Virus record (IMG/VR): IMGVR_UViG_3300023435_000009
Length of the DNA stretch: 64,000 nucleotides
Strand: one strand, 5' to 3'
From: a virus
Taxonomy: Duplodnaviria; Caudoviricetes
Both the position numbers and the translations under genes were made by a program. The notes beneath the pieces were generated by a model, which was given only the letters and a program-made list of their open reading frames with translations, did no database searches and was not told where the DNA came from. Below, in pieces: positions 62,698 through 64,000 of the stretch; position 1 is the first letter of the stretch; the number at the start of each line of letters is the position of its first letter.

Positions 62698-64000
62698 ATG
62701 GGCTTGTCAAATCTTGTTCGAGATGTAGGTCGAATCCGACAGGGTCCTAGCGAAGTAGCCGACATCATTGCTTTCATTGAGTCCCCCTGGGGACTCAACC
62801 CGGAAAGGTCCTTGTACCTCTTCCCTGTCCAACGGGTGATTTTGAAGGCCCATTATGGGTTGGAACTGGATGACAAGGAAACCTTCCAGATAACGGATTG
62901 GCGGAAGGAGAACGCTCGGAACTTCACCGAGGCGGGATACCTCCGATACCTCTACGATGAGGGCCGCTCCAACATCAAAGAGGTCGACCACGAGCGACGG
63001 GAGATGGTCTTAGCAGTCGGTAGACGCTCAGGCAAGTGTATTCTGGGGGACAGTCTGGTTCTAACAAGTCAGGGCGTTCATAGAATTGATGAGCTGGGCG
63101 ATCCTGAAGGGCCAGAAGTGCAGCCCCTTCAAATTGGGGTTGCCCAAGAAGGTACCGTGCAGTCCCGTTCCGCCTATTTCTACAACGGGGGTGTGAGGAG
63201 CACACGCAAACTGACCACACATTGTGGTTATCAGCTTGGCGGTACGGACAACCATCGGATCAAGGTACTTTCCGAACAGGGCAATATAGAATGGCGCTAC
63301 CTGGCGGATCTCCGAGTGGGGGACGTGGTATGTGTCCATAGAGACACGGACCTATGGGCCACAGAGTATGTAGATTGCAGTCCCTTCCACAACACGGCGG
63401 GACTGAAAAGGTTGGCTTTTCCTCAGACGCTCACTGAGGATTGGGGTCGTTTACTGGGTTATCTGGTAGGGGACGGTCTGTGGAACTACCGAGACAGAAC
63501 GGAAGTCACTGTTGAACATCCTGAAACGTGGGAGACCCTTAAGGATCTTTTCACACAGCTTCTGGGTGGCTACTACATATACAAGGACAAACGCACCCAA
63601 AATACCGGAGCCGTCAAATTCTCCAGTGTGGGGATGCGAAAGTTTCTTCATGATTTAGGATTTCAACTGGGTACGGATCGAGACGCTAAAATGGTACCCT
63701 GGTCGATTCTCCAGTCTCCAAAATCTGTTGTTCAGGCTTTCCTCAGGGGTCTTTTTGAGGCCGATGGTGGTGTCGAGTCTGGGGGCAAAACAGTGTCCTT
63801 CAGTACTGCGAGCAAACGTCTAGCACATGAGGTGCAGACGTTGTTACTTAACCTGGGGGTCGTGAGCAGGGTTAAGCCGAAGATCGTTAAGGGGCGAACT
63901 TATTGGTTGCTGGTCGTTAGGGGTCTTCACAGTAGAAAGGTGTTTGCTGAGAAGGTCGGTTTCGATTCCCACAAAAAGATGGATCCCCTCTTGGCGTCCC
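62698..64000 (+). CDS. terL: Large terminase subunit, 5' part, with intein; runs off the window
   Basis: Own translation: LFPVQRVILK ... MVLAVGRRSGK|CILGD; absent from the ORF track, probably because no stop is reached in the window. Confidence 0.75.
   Translation, partial: MGLSNLVRDVGRIRQGPSEVADIIAFIESPWGLNPERSLYLFPVQRVILKAHYGLELDDKETFQITDWRKENARNFTEAGYLRYLYDEGRSNIKEVDHERREMVLAVGRRSGKCILGDSLVLTSQGVHRIDELGDPEGPEVQPLQIGVAQEGTVQSRSAYFYNGGVRSTRKLTTHCGYQLGGTDNHRIKVLSEQGNIEWRYLADLRVGDVVCVHRDTDLWATEYVDCSPFHNTAGLKRLAFPQTLTEDWGRLLGYLVGDGLWNYRDRTEVTVEHPETWETLKDLFTQLLGGYYIYKDKRTQNTGAVKFSSVGMRKFLHDLGFQLGTDRDAKMVPWSILQSPKSVVQAFLRGLFEADGGVESGGKTVSFSTASKRLAHEVQTLLLNLGVVSRVKPKIVKGRTYWLLVVRGLHSRKVFAEKVGFDSHKKMDPLLAS
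63037..64000 (+). mobile_element. LAGLIDADG intein in the terminase Walker A (incomplete)
   Basis: Cys1 CILGDSLVLT, block B GTDNHRI, LLGYLVGDG, FLRGLFEADG. Confidence 0.88.

Noticed and set aside
1-64000. Stop-codon recoding suggested by the possible TTA anticodon at about 3375
   Set aside because: Conserved genes are intact in the standard code and end in TAA, TAG or TGA; no sign of systematic read-through
1-64000. CRISPR array
   Set aside because: No run of equal-length repeats with unique spacers seen; the repeats are in-frame coding units or dispersed motifs

Overview
This 64 kb window looks like part of a large (jumbo-type) tailed bacteriophage genome, read in the standard genetic code. 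No CRISPR array or rRNA was seen. From left to right it contains: (1) about 0.3-5.7 kb, a minus-strand tRNA/ncRNA island with 10 recognisable tRNAs (five Leu covering all six Leu codons, two Ser, Tyr, Phe, Trp), two oversized tRNA-like genes, several unexplained structured RNAs, an intact TnpB and a promoter-driven TnpB remnant that keeps its omega-RNA; (2) a GroEL-type chaperonin and a block of probable virion-internal proteins sharing short motifs, with a C39-like peptidase; (3) a sigma-like gene, an HTH protein and a ~560 nt hairpin-dense non-coding region; (4) a host-like replication/recombination module: HolB, HolA, class II RNR with two inteins, RecD2-like helicase, SSB-like protein, RuvC, RecA, Mre11/SbcD, a Rad50/SbcC split into two genes 10 kb apart, a RecB-like nuclease, sliding clamp, primase, HU, and a dnaX broken by a naturally split intein around a free-standing LAGLIDADG endonuclease gene; (5) NusG-like and sigma-like regulators, structural genes, an IscB element, and the start of an intein-containing large terminase. 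The strongest leads are the split-intein dnaX, the candidate large ncRNA, the giant tRNA-like genes, the split Rad50, and a repeated GGATCATCTC-N10/11-GAGTAG promoter-like motif. All assignments come from motif recognition by eye; no database searches or folding programs were run.
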